Part shown: one piece after another, positions 52,401-64,000 of the stretch
Position numbering within the stretch: the stretch's first letter is position 1
How the letters are laid out: each line of letters begins with the position of its first letter
DNA from: Mytilus trossulus
Lineage: Eukaryota
NCBI RefSeq assembly: GCF_036588685.1
Contig: NC_086385.1
Coordinates: 27,861,216-27,925,215 of the forward strand
Length of the DNA stretch: 64,000 nt
Direction of reading: 5' to 3'
Notes under the pieces: generated by a model
The model's input: only the letters and a program-made list of their open reading frames with translations
Told to the model about the DNA's origin: nothing
The model's database searches: none
Translations under genes and position numbers: made by a program

Positions 52401-55400
52401 CATGTGTAATAGAAGACGTAGTTGTCGGTGTTTTTAATGATGTAACGTCATGTGTTATAGAAGACGTAGTTGTCGGTGTTTCTAATGATGTAACGTCATG
52501 TGTAATAGAAGACATAGTTGTCGGTGTTTCTAATGATATACCTTCATTTGTAACAGAAGACGTAGTTGTCGGTGTTTTTAATGATGTAACGTCATGTGTA
52601 ATAGAAGACGTAGTTGTCGGTGTTTCTAATGATGTGCCTTCATTTGTAACAGAAGACGTAGTTGTCGGTGTTTCTAATGATGTAACTTCATGTGTAATAG
52701 AAGACGTAGTTGTCGGTGCTTCTAATGATGTACCTTCATTTGTAACAGAAGTTGTTGTGTGTGTTTCCAATGATGTAACTTCATTTGTAACAGAAGACGT
52801 AGTTGTCGGTGTTTCTAATGATGTAACTTCGTTTGTAACAGAAGACGTAGTTGTCGGTGTTTCTAATGATGTGCCTTCATTTGTAACAGAAGACGTAGCT
52901 GTCGGTGTTTCTAATGCTGTACCTTCATTTGTAACAGAAGACGTAGTTGTGGGTGTTTCTAATGATGTAACTTCATTTGTAACAGAAGACGTAGTTGTGG
53001 GTGTTTCTAATGATGTAACTTCATGTGTAAAAGAAGACGTAGTTGTCGGTGTTTCTAATGATGTGCCTTCATTTGTAACAGAAGACGTAGTTGTCGGTGT
53101 TTTTAATGATGTAACGTCATGTGTAATAGAAGACGTAGTTGTCGGTGTTTTTAATGATGTAACGTCATGTGTAATAGAAGACGTAGTTGTCGGTGTTTCT
53201 AATGATGTGCCTTCATTTGTAACAGAAGACGTAGTTGTCGGTGTTTCTAATGATGTAACTTCATGTGTAATAGAAGACGTAGTTGTCGGTGTTTCTAATG
53301 ATGTAACTTCATTTGTAACAGAAGACGTAGTTGTCGGTGCTTCTAATGATGTTACTTCATGTGTAATAGAAGACGTAGTTGTCGGTGTTTTTAATGATGT
53401 AACGTCATGTGTTATAGAAGACGTAGTTGTCGGTGTTTCTAATGATGTAACGTCATGTGTAATAGAAGACATAGTTGTCGGTATTTCTAATGATATACCT
53501 TCATTTGTAACAGAAGACGTAGTTGTCGGTGCTTCTAATGATGTTACTTCATGTGTAATAGAAGACGTAGTTGTCGGTGTTTCTAATGATGTACCTTCAT
53601 TTGTAACAGAAGTTGTTGTGTGTGTTTCCAATGATGTAACTTCATTTGTAACAGAAGACGTAGTTGTCGGTGTTTTTAATGATGTAACGTCATGTGTAAT
53701 AGAAGACGTAGTTGTCGGTTTTTCTAATGATGTGCCTTCATTTGTAACAGAAGACGTAGTTGTCGGTGTTTCTAATGATGTAACTTCATGTGTAATAGAA
53801 GACGTAGTTGTCGGTGCTTCTAATGATGTACCTTCATTTGTAACAGAAGTTGTTGTGTGTGTTTCCAATGATGTAACTTCATTTGTAACAGAAGACGTAG
53901 TTGTCGGTGTTTCTAATGATGTAACTTCATTTGTAATAGAAGACGTAGTTGTCGGTGTTTCTAATGATGTGCCTTCATTTGTAACAGAAGACGTAGTTGT
54001 CGGTGTTTCTAATGATGTGCCTTCATTTGTAACAGAAGACGTAGCTGTCGGTGTTTCTAATGCTGTACCTTCATTTGTAACAGAAGACGTAGTTGTGGGT
54101 GTTTCTAATGATGTAACTTCATTTGTAACAGAAGACGTAGTTGTGGGTGTTTCTAATGATGTAACTTCATTTTTAACAGAAGACGTAGTTGTGGGTGTTT
54201 CTAATGATGTACCTTCATTTGTAACAGAAGTTGTTGTGTGAGTTTCCAATGATGTAACTTCATTTGTAACAGAAGACGTAGTTGTCGGTGTTTCTAATGA
54301 TGTAACTTCATGTGTAATAGAAGACGTAGTTGTCGGTGTTTCTAATGCTGTACCTTCATTTGTAACAGAAGACGTAGTTGTAGGTGTTTCTAATGATGTA
54401 ACTTCATGTGTAATAGAAGACGTAGTTGTCGGTGTTTCTAATGATGTAACTTCATTTGTAACAGAAGACGTAGTTGTCGGTGTTTCTAATGATGTGCCTT
54501 CATTTGTAACAGAAGACGTAGTTGTCGGTGTTACTAATGATGTACCTTCATTTGTAACAGAAGACGTAGTTGTCGGTGTTACTAATGATGTAACTTCATG
54601 TGTAATAGAAGACGTAGTTGTCGGTGTTTCTAATGATATACCTTCATTTGTAACAGAAGACGTAGTTGTCGGTGTTTCTAATGATGTAACTTCATTTGTA
54701 ACAGAAGACGTAGTTGTCGGTGTTTCTAATGATGTACCTTCATTTGTAACAAAAGACGTAGTTGTCGGTGTTTCTAATGCTGTACCTTCATTTGTAACAG
54801 AAGACGTAGTTGTCGGTGTTTCTAATGATGTACCTTCATTTGTAACAGAAGACGTAGTAGTGAGTGTTTCTAATGATGTACCTTCATTTGTAACAGAAGA
54901 CTTACTGGAATAAGTTACACATGAATTGCCTGTAGCAGTTACAGGTTGAACATATTCTGCAGTTGTCAGTGTTACAGTAGATGACGCTGTCGATGTTTCA
55001 GAAGACGTAGTTGTAGGTGTTTGCAATGATGTACCTTCTTTTGTAATAGATGACGTCGTTGTGTGTGTTTCTAATGATGTAACTTCATTTGTAATAGATG
55101 ATGTAGTTGTTGGTGTTTCTAATGATGTACCTGCATTACTTCTAATATTGCTTCCAAGTATTGCTGTCACTATAAGAAAAACAAAACGCTCATTTTTTTT
55201 AAAACAAGACGAGAAAGCTTTTATTCGATAATCTGATGAGATTGTGAAGCTTTCCATACAAAAAAGGAATACGGAAAATAGACGTACTTTTTTATTTTAA
55301 AAGTCCTAACAAAATTAAATGATTTTGTTTTAAATCATAAACCCTTTTCTGACCATTTAAATATCATTATAACACGTTAAAATGTGTACATGGTGTATAT

Positions 55401-56024
55401 TCACTTAAATGCCGAATTGTTGTTTTTAAGGTGTTTTTTTTAATAAAGGTTCGCCTATCTGGGGAGTCTAAACACTCGACGATCGTTGTGCACTTCTTTG
55501 AAATACTTCTGGTAGATGCATCTATTTTATCCCCTTGATTTTTTTTTATATAAAAACTAAGGGTATCAGACCTTAAAATACATTGAAATTGTCAAACGCA
55601 AGGTTTTGTATATGTTTTATAATCGGAAAACTTCAATAAAGAGGAATACAGACGCTTAAATATAGAAGTAAAACATTTTGTAAGTTGTCACTAAGCGTTG
55701 TTGTGATTTATTTTTTTATTATTGAAACTTAAAGTATTTATGAATTATTATACTTCTTTACACAAACTAAAATATGACACAAGTATCAATATAGGTGGTG
55801 AATATAGGAATATTTCAGTGTTATCATTTCATATTCTGTCAAAAATGTTTTATGAGGTTAAAATGACTTTTGAATGAACAAATATAATTTTATAAACCCA
55901 TAAAACTTAAATATTACCTGGCTAAAACAAGTCATTATATCAATGAATATTTTGATTTATGCTCACCCAGTGTTAAGATCAGACTAAGAGTTTGAGGTAT
56001 ACAGCAATTCATTTGTGGTCGCAT
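43401..56024 (-). CDS. membrane-tethered mucin-like protein (~2160 aa): signal peptide, Thr/Ser tandem repeats, SEA, EGF, TM, cytoplasmic tail
   Basis: Phase-compatible exons 56024-55967, 55169-49659, 49289-49177, 47902-47844, 47147-47097, 46192-46029, 45593-45437, 44113-43913 and 43569-43401 (end uncertain). SEA-like: FPGSLNDSTSSDF..GFVDVNIYRF..LEVGYKV. EGF: CYGVECEHDGHCFIDNKGQALCRC..GSKCE. TM: YIIAITATIGTVLSIVIMITCFLYYL followed by KRRK. Confidence 0.88.
43913..44113 (-). CDS. mucin EGF end plus transmembrane exon
   Basis: CSQIGDFIISGSKCE...TM...KRRK. Confidence 0.85.
45437..45593 (-). CDS. mucin EGF-like exon
   Basis: Cys spacing as in EGF; attttag| ... |gtatgt. Confidence 0.85.
47097..47147 (-). 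CDS. 51-nt mucin exon encoding YLPDKPVKRRKRNTNP (furin site)
   Basis: gaatag| ... |gtaagt, phase 2 to 2, in frame between two SEA exons. Confidence 0.7.
47202..47259. repeat. perfect 27-bp inverted repeat with 4-nt loop
   Basis: ttcaacagtatgttaagggttttataa-tcat-ttataaaacccttaacatactgttgaa. Confidence 0.95.
47559..47779. repeat. 107-bp tandem duplication
   Basis: Two near-identical copies, period 107. Confidence 0.9.
49659..55169 (-). CDS. 5.5-kb mucin repeat (PTS) exon
   Basis: Core of ORF 49603..55257; ttttcttatag| ... A|gtaagt, phase 1 to 1. Confidence 0.92.
49790..55135 (-). repeat. coding VNTR: 48-nt (16-aa) units at ~51820-55135 and 153/129-nt (51/43-aa) units at ~49790-51820
   Basis: TSLETPTTTSSVTNEG repeats and TSLETHTTTSPKTHTTSSAVTPTLTASVTPVT...TNDG repeats. 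Confidence 0.95.
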
Positions 56025-56605
56025 GATTTTTTTAATCAAACCTGCAAGGATAAAGGTATACAGGTACACATGTAGTAGAAAGCAATATGTCGCTATCTTG
56101 CATAAATGCAAATGATAATTTAAAACAATTGAAAGAACTAAATCATAACTGAAATAAAATGGCCTGTAAATTAAAAGAAACAGTTTCGATGCATTGAAAA
56201 AACAAATAGAGAATTATGGTTTATTAGATGCAATAAACCTAATTAATCAGATTATCATAATAAATTAAAATCCAATTGTTGACAGAACAGTTGACGGTTT
56301 CCCGCCTACCTTAAATTTACTTGTTAATCAGAGTGTTAAAAAAGTGTCGTAGCTTAGATAAATAAGAGAGTGTCAGAAATACGTCCGTGTAGCTAAATTC
56401 AATTTTATCGTACAATATGTTAAAAGTCAAATGTAATTTATATTTTTTCAATTGATGTAAAACATTGTAAAATCAGTTAAATGCGCCTGATATTCATATA
56501 ATGAAGACATTATCTTTCAAACAATTTAATTGAGGTCTGGAGCTGGCATGTCAGTAAACTGCTAATAGTCTGTTGTTATTTATGTACTATTGTCATTTTA
56601 TATAA

Positions 56606-57774
56606 TTAAGTCTCCCAAACAAAGTTTGGAGACTTATTGTTTTTGGTCAGCTCTTATTATTTTTATTATTCTTCTTTTTCCTCTTCTTTCACTTCTTCTT
56701 CCGCCACTTTAAAAATGAACTTGTCGGCAGCGGTTCTCCAAATATAAACGGCTTGTCAGATTTACTGCAGATTTTATAATATGTTAGACTAAACATGTCT
56801 AGGGGAGCCATCAATCTTTCGTTTGTGCATTGAAGTCTGTTAAGGGGTATTTTGAGGGGCATAAAGAGGGGAGGGGTTAACTATAGAACCCTCTGGGATT
56901 TTATTTAAAAAAAAAATCAAATGACTTTAACTTGAAAACCGTAAGAAATAAACACATACCGTCTTCAGAAATGATCACAGGCCAATAAAACAAATCAAAT
57001 GAAATAAGGGGGAGTCCCTTGGGGTAACCAACACCCCTTCAATTTGGGAATGTGCTATTATTGTGTAAACGGCCCAGATCCCCACCCCTAAACCATATAT
57101 TATCTTGCAGGGGACAATAAATCAAATCAAATGAAATAAAAAGGAAGTCCCTGGGGGTCACCCCCTTTTCAATTTGGGAATGTGCTATTATCGTGTAAAA
57201 GGCCCAGATCCCCACCCCTAAACCATATATCTTCTTACAGGGGACAATAAATCAAATGAAATAAAATGGAAGTCCCTTGGGGTCACCCCCACCCCCTTTT
57301 GTTTGTTAATATGTAAATGGTCGAGATCCCCACCCCTAAACCATATATATGCTTGTATGGGACAATTAAACAAATCAAATGAAATAAAAAGGAAATCCCT
57401 GGGGGTCGCCCACCCTCTCATGTTTTAGAACTTGTAAACAGTCCAGATCCCCACCCCTAAACCATATATATTCTTGCAACCATATCAATTTTTGTATGGG
57501 ACAATAAAACAGATCAAATGAAAGAAAAGGTAAGTCCCTATGGTTCACCTACCCCCTCTTGTTTGAGAACTTGTAAACGGTCGAGATGCCCACCCTAAAC
57601 CATATTTTATTATTGTACGGGACGAGTCTATGGGGTCACCTCATCTCTAAACCTTATATATTTTTGTATGGGATAATAAAACAAATCTAATAAAATATGG
57701 GACCATGGAAATGGCTAATAATGGGAGTTTTGTTTGGGAGACTTCGTAACAGCATCCTGTTACAATTACTTCTT
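56606..57774 (-). mobile_element. Helentron/HINE-like element with an internal ~120-130-bp tandem array
   Basis: Terminal hairpin aagtctcccaaac-aaa-gtttggagactt, with the matching subterminal gtttgggagactt and a gtaacag/ctgttac hairpin at the other end. About 6 units carry agatccccacccctaaaccatat. It splits a family C repeat. Confidence 0.75.
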
Positions 57775-60700
57775 GGCATCGGACTAGGACTTCTTTTGAA
57801 CTGAATTTTAATGTGCGTATTGTTATGCATTTACTTTTCTACATTGGCTAGAGTTATAAGGGGAGGGTTGAGATATCATAAACATGTTTAATCGCGCCGC
57901 ATTTTTGCGCCTGTTCCAAATCAGGAGCCTCTGGCCTTTTTTAGTCTTGTATAATTTTTAATTTTAGTCTATTGTGTATAATTCGGAGCTTAGTATGACA
58001 TCCATTATCACTGTACTAGTCAGTATACATTTTTTTAAGGGGCCAGCTGAAGGACGCTCACGGGTGAAGAGGTTTCTCATTACATTAAAGACCCATTGGT
58101 GGCATTCGGCTGTTGTCTGCTCTATGGTCAGGTTGTTGTCATTTTGACACAGTTCCAATTTCCTTTCTCAATTTTAAAAGTATCTATGATTCTATGCAAT
58201 TTAGGTATTTTGTCTAGTGTTGTAGACTATATAAAGCAATCCAAAGAATTGTGAAAATAAAGTCCTCATATATGTCAATTATATTTTCTTTCTTTTTGGG
58301 ACTGTTTTATATTCATACCGATAGACACGAAGAAAAAACCACACATCAAATGAACATTATTTATCGGTAAATACAAGAACATAGCACAAAATACCAATAA
58401 CATAGAAAAACATTGTTCATTGTTATAAAAATACAAAATGGATTTAATCATACCTTTCAAAAATTGGTGCTCTTTTCCAACTATCATATACGAATTTGTC
58501 GATACACATTTCTTAAATGCTATAACTTAAAATCTATGCGAAAAAAAATGATTTATTGCTAGTACGGTGACCGAGTAAGGAAAAGTCGCATGTGTACCGA
58601 GCTGTATTGTCATTCGGACTTTATTGCTATAAATTATAATATTGGTAGTTGAAATGCTGAAGTTTACATTTTGACTTGTCGTCAAACAATCGTCTGGTGC
58701 ATTTTTGTTGTTGTAAAATGGTCTATACAGTACGATAGCTTATTTTTCTGATTTTGATCAAATTTGTCCGTTTTTGAAGAGTGGCATTACCAACTATTCA
58801 AGCTTAATCTTTAGAGTTATTATTTAAAGATAATTTTCTTCCTCTTAAAGAAACATATACATGATATAAAAAAGTTTGATGTGGTGCACAATCGACATTC
58901 AAATACTGAAATATGTTTCCTGGAGCTGTAGACATTTTGCTATGAAACATAAAGGTAATTGGTCACTTCATTTGCTAATGTCATATTAAATCTTACAACT
59001 GTTTTTGTTGTACTTCATATACTTAACTTTCCAGACACAATCGGTCATCATTTATAGGTGGCGACTTAGCTTTTATACAGCCATGAACATTTAAACGGTA
59101 TGTGGAACAAAATGGCAACAGAAACAATTTAATGATTTCAAGGAATCAGGTGGCATTGTAGGTATTTAAAAAAAAACATAAGTCTGAACTCGTTTCATTG
59201 ACACTTACATACAACCGAATTTTTTTAGCATTCCTTAGTGGTGCTTCAGTATTGCTGCCAATAATGCAAGTTAACAAGAGAAAACAAGATAAAAAAATAT
59301 GACAAGAGGAGTTGAACATTTTATTGCCATAGTGAAGCATCTGAATCAAATCACGACTTGAAGGTCAATTTTTGAGTTTTTAATGACAAAGGTAAAGAAA
59401 TTTTAAAATATGACCTAAAACAAACCGTATCGGTATTAGAATTAAAATCCAAAGTCTCTTCTGCACCTTTTATACCTTGTATTGGTTCAATCTATTGATG
59501 CAAAGAAAAAATAAAACAGTTGGTGACCTTGCAAATAACTATTATGAAAATATCATTTACTAGAGCACATACAACAACTCTCGTGTTTGACCTCCACGAC
59601 ATAAAAATAAACCTCTATAAAGTCTACTGAAATAGGTTGACGCACAAAGACAGGTAATAAAAGGCAGAAGTATTCTTGACTGGACGAAATTCATGTATGA
59701 TAAAGAAACTAAACATACTCTTCTTAATGGAACATGTAGTTTTATTCTTCAAAATTTTGATCCCCTCCCTATAATTCTACCGGATTGTCAGCTTTACTTA
59801 GCTTGCACGGGTTTTTTTCAAATCCTGAAATTGTCATTATTATGATAGTAGTTTCAGAGACTTTTTTTAATTACTGTCGTTAATGACTCAGATATGGATG
59901 AGAATATTCTGTGTGTACACTGGTTAACAAACAGATTACAAATTTAGATGATTTTTTTTATTTCTTGATGCAGATTGGGAACATTACCAGAAAATTAATT
60001 TTTGGTCACCCTTCTATAAGTAATAAAAATTACATGAAAACATTGACATGAGATTTGACAACTGAAATTTATCCCTAAAATACAATCATAGTTACTTTTG
60101 TTTCTGATTATTTTCACGGCGGGTCTTGTCCATAAAATAAACACAAATAGCGTCTAGCGTGTATTGTTATTTTGTTAAATTATTAATGAGGTGTATTCAT
60201 AATACCATTGCGCTTCTTAGATAACCTTGTTAACTTATATTGAAAACTTTGCTTAACTTGGCGTCCGTCGTCCGTTGTCGTCTATTACCTTTTGAAACAT
60301 CTTCGAAGTCCACTTAAACTGTTGGGCATTATTTAAACCAAACTTAATTATTGTGGTAACTTGTAAAAACTATATTATATTACCCCACCTGCCAAACAAG
60401 ATAGTGGTAAGTTGCATGTATTGTCTATTATTTTGAAAACCGCTACATACTGCGAAATGCCGAAATTTGAAAAAAAAATAGGCAGGACAGGCGTTTTGAG
60501 TAAAAAAAAAAGAGGGCAGGATGAGATACTTGAAAAAAAAAAGTCAGGATGACAATTTATGTAAAAAAAGTCAGGATAAACTAAAAAAAATATACCGACA
60601 GCCTCGAGTGCCGTTTCTCACTCTCTTATATACCCCAGAGCGAATATACTATTTTCTGGATAGGGGTGTTTTAGAAAACACCATTTCCTTGAACCTAACC

Positions 60701-61014
60701 ACCGACTTTCCCGCCAAACGTCTAAATCCACTTAACGCTTCTTTTCTATGTGTATCCAACTAATGAATAAAGTATTTTTCAACTGATTTTTAGTTCGTTC
60801 TTATGTTTAACTGTTACACCACTGTCCCAGGTAAGGGAGAGTTTGGGACATGCTAACATTTTTGTATGTATGTGACTGTCCCATGTCAGGAGCTTGTTAT
60901 TCAGTGGTTGTCGTTTGTTGATGTGTTAGATATTTGTTTTTCGTTAATTTTTTGTACATAAATTAGGTTAGTATTTTCTTTTGAATTGTTTTACGTTTAG
61001 TCTTTCGTATTCTT

Positions 61015-61317
61015 TATTGTTATGTCCCACCGACAATAGTAGAGGGGCATTATCTGTTCTGGTCACTGCGTCCGTTCGTTCGTTCGTCCGTCTGTTCGTC
61101 CGTTCTATCTCGTAGTTCAGGTTAAAGTCTTTGGTCAAGGTAGTTTGTAATGAAGTTGAGGGGCAATTAACATGAAACTTTATACATATGTTAACTTTGC
61201 TATGATCTTCCAAATTTAAATGGTGAATTAGATTTTTTACCTTATTGTCACAGTCCGATGAACATAGAAAATGATAGTGCGAGAGGGACATCCGTGTACT
61301 TTGGACACATTCTTGTT
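61015..61317 (-). mobile_element. short pearl/HINE-like element (second copy)
   Basis: Reverse complement of the 29132-29438 family, with a CGTT/CGTC microsatellite. Confidence 0.7.
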
Positions 61318-64000
61318 CTATGTTGTGTTGTGTATACTATTGTTTGTCGGTTTGTCCTTTCTTTTCTAGTCATGGCGATGTCTGTTTATTTTTTTAGTTT
61401 ACGAGTTTGAATGTTCTCTGGTATATATCACCTCTCTTTTTTACTACTGAAGGTACAATGTATTACTACATTAACAGTAGTCTTTTTTTCCAAATGAGGA
61501 GGTCAAGCACAAAATTACACAATACCAGCTGTAACATCCTAATAGTTATGTAAAATACACACAATATATAATTGAATATGATTAAATACATTTTCAAAAA
61601 CAAGTTGAAAATGGTTAAATTTATGTTTGAATAAGGCAATACGTATAGATAGCTGTGTAGAAGTACTTATAAATGCAAATATATATATTATATATATATG
61701 TTTGATCAGGTGTGTGCAAGTGGATTTGAAGTTATGTTCAGATTACATGTAATACATAGAGAACCGGTGTATATTTAATACAAAATCTACCATTCCTACT
61801 ATAGGTGATATAAAATTGAAAAGATGTGGTATGGTTGCTTATGAAACAATTGTCAACAAGAAATCAAATGACACCAAAACAAATCAACTATATAAGGTCA
61901 ACGTACGGTCTTCGGCTATACGCTAAGACCATAAAGCTCAGTTTTAGCTATACAAGATCCCGACATGATAAATGTAAAATAATGTTAACAAGAAATCGCG
62001 CTACATACAAAATGTACTTTGGTAAACGCTTTTACAACCCAATGAAGTTACAAAAAGAAGCATTCAATACTTAAATTGTTGCTCCAGTAATGATTGGTAT
62101 GCATGGAATACTCAGTTACTATCATCTAGCTTGGGGAAAACAAAATGTTAAGTTTAGAAACGGAATAATGTAATTGTTCACGTGATAATTACTGTAAAAA
62201 TAATGTATCTTAAAAAATTTCAAACTTTCAAATTATATTCACAATATGAAATATCCTGAACTGTAACCAGACTTTCGATGTGTAAAAAAAGTGTAACTCG
62301 GTGACAATGAGATCATCAGTAGAATATAGAAAGTAAAAAAGCAACAAATTCAATTTACTAAAAAAAATATTTACAATGATAGCGATTGGACAACATTATA
62401 GTTTTATCCTAAACAACAGTCTTTAAAGCCAAAGGGGTGTTTCGAAAAATTATTCCTACGTTTAATTCAAGATTTATAAACAATCGTATCATTTAAGAAT
62501 TGAATGCTATTTTTGTAATATCATTGGGGTGTAAAAGCGTTGACCGACGTATATTTTGATTTTAGCCCGGGTGCGCTTCATTCTAACTCATTGTTTTGTT
62601 TTCCTTCGATACATTATAAAACAGTTTGCCCCATTACAACGATTTAAATTTACGCAGGTTCAAGATTTCTTTTAATAAATTTGATACCCAAATGAATACC
62701 AATGTAAATATCAGGTAAAAGTCATGGTCAGTCTTTAAGATTTCTCGCATTTTTTTAAAACTTGTATACATGTACATGTATCTCGAAAAGGAGCTCAATT
62801 ACCTATCAATATTTTAGCTTATTTTTTTCCTTAACTAATGCTTTTTGACTTTTATTACCAATTCAAAGTTCTAGTTTTTTTTTAATTTCACCCAAGTACA
62901 AAGCCATTTTATAAGTTGATGTTGTTCAAACTTCAATTTGAAGCTAGCTACTTCTCCGCAAAACAAATACAAAACACAAACTTGTATAAAACAGATTCTG
63001 AAACTTTTAATGAATTAAACGTATTATACATTTTGTACGTGGATCTCAAATACAAATTGTGTATTTGGGAATGCTTCTATTATTCCATTTATTTTTTGTC
63101 TTGTCTTTGATAAATGGGAGATAATCTAATTATGCCCACACGTAGCAATGTTTAACCGGTCTGATGTTTTTATGTTAAGTAAAATGTCAGTGAAAAGATG
63201 TTGCAAGGTTGACTGTAGATTATAAACATGATCACTCTTGGTCTTATAACCGATAGTAAAGCCATTGCTAAAGTGGGGTGTCTGCTTGGCTGTTCTAGAT
63301 GTATAAATTTGCAACAAAGTCCGGTCAGAATAAGGACGACGAAAATAATGCAGAATGTCAAGAAGAGGGGCGAAAGGTATCAGATTAACATTCAAACTCA
63401 TAAATAACCGGACAATGTCATGGGTAATAAAGAATTAAGACAAACAATCGTACATCAAACACAACATGGAAAAATAAAAACTAAGCAACACAAACGTACC
63501 AAATTTGGGAGTGATCTCTGTTGCTTCGGAGAGGAGATATATCTTCACATGTTTAGCAACTAGCAACCAATCAACCCGTATTGCCAGATCATCTGTATTT
63601 GCGGGTCATAATTATTCGTTCAATAAGTGCCTTTTCTATAGAAATTGTGAAGTTCTTACTTGTAATATCATAAAAACCCATGATACAATAATAATATTCA
63701 CCTTGACATAAGACTAAGAGGGAGTACACAGCTAATAATTTATAGAGACGTTTAGCAATAAATGACGTTTTTCGTCAATATTGCAGTAGTGTTTTCACCA
63801 TAGTGAATCGCTTCATATCATGGACAAACATATAACGGAAGGAGCTTAAACAAGGGCATTAAATTTGGTTTTGAAATTTGTTATAACACTGCATGTCTTT
63901 CATGGCATCATCGAACTAGCAAACAAGGAAATAACAAAGTATAATGTACATGTAGTAAGTAGTAAAGACAACTTCTTTTTCTACACATTTAATTAAAACA

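Noticed and set aside
49610-54913. Plus-strand Val/Asp-rich ORFs (791 aa and others)
   Set aside because: Antisense mirror of the mucin Thr/Ser repeat codons, with no independent gene signals
51820-55135. Regular 48-bp repeats as CRISPR
   Set aside because: Contiguous coding tandem repeats without spacers
55170-55257. ATG start of ORF 49603..55257
   Set aside because: Intronic. A strong acceptor at 55170 and an upstream signal-peptide exon (56024-55967) explain the frame better.
59020-59080. Minus-strand TATAAAA and possible non-coding first exon of the mucin
   Set aside because: No convincing splice donor, and TATA-like words are common in AT-rich DNA

Overview
AT-rich, intron-rich eukaryotic (metazoan) genomic DNA. 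The repeat families and gene types resemble those of a bivalve mollusc such as Mytilus (inference, not checked). There are no prokaryotic features and no CRISPR array, and most ORF-track entries are noise. Manual GT-AG and phase reconstruction gives four spliced genes. (1) Minus strand, 302-6478: internal exons of a divergent TRPM-like channel. (2) Plus strand, 16363-25075: a 7-exon, 90-aa secreted prepropeptide that is invisible to the ORF track; it has a TATA/Inr promoter, three KR sites and a 6-Cys mature peptide. (3) Minus strand, 26035-34799: a 4-Ig-domain type I membrane receptor with Tyr motifs and two apparent lesions. (4) Minus strand, 43401-56024: a ~2160-aa membrane mucin (Thr/Ser repeats, SEA, EGF, TM) whose SEA domain carries an RRKR furin site on its own 51-nt exon. 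Between the genes lie many transposons. These include a 2.55-kb foldback element with CACCGTG ends and a 5-bp TSD (Transib/RAG-like signature) nested in a Harbinger-type element, an 803-bp element with a 9-bp TSD, a decayed Tc1 element, tandem Helentron/HINE-like elements, several MITEs and Penelope-like fragments.
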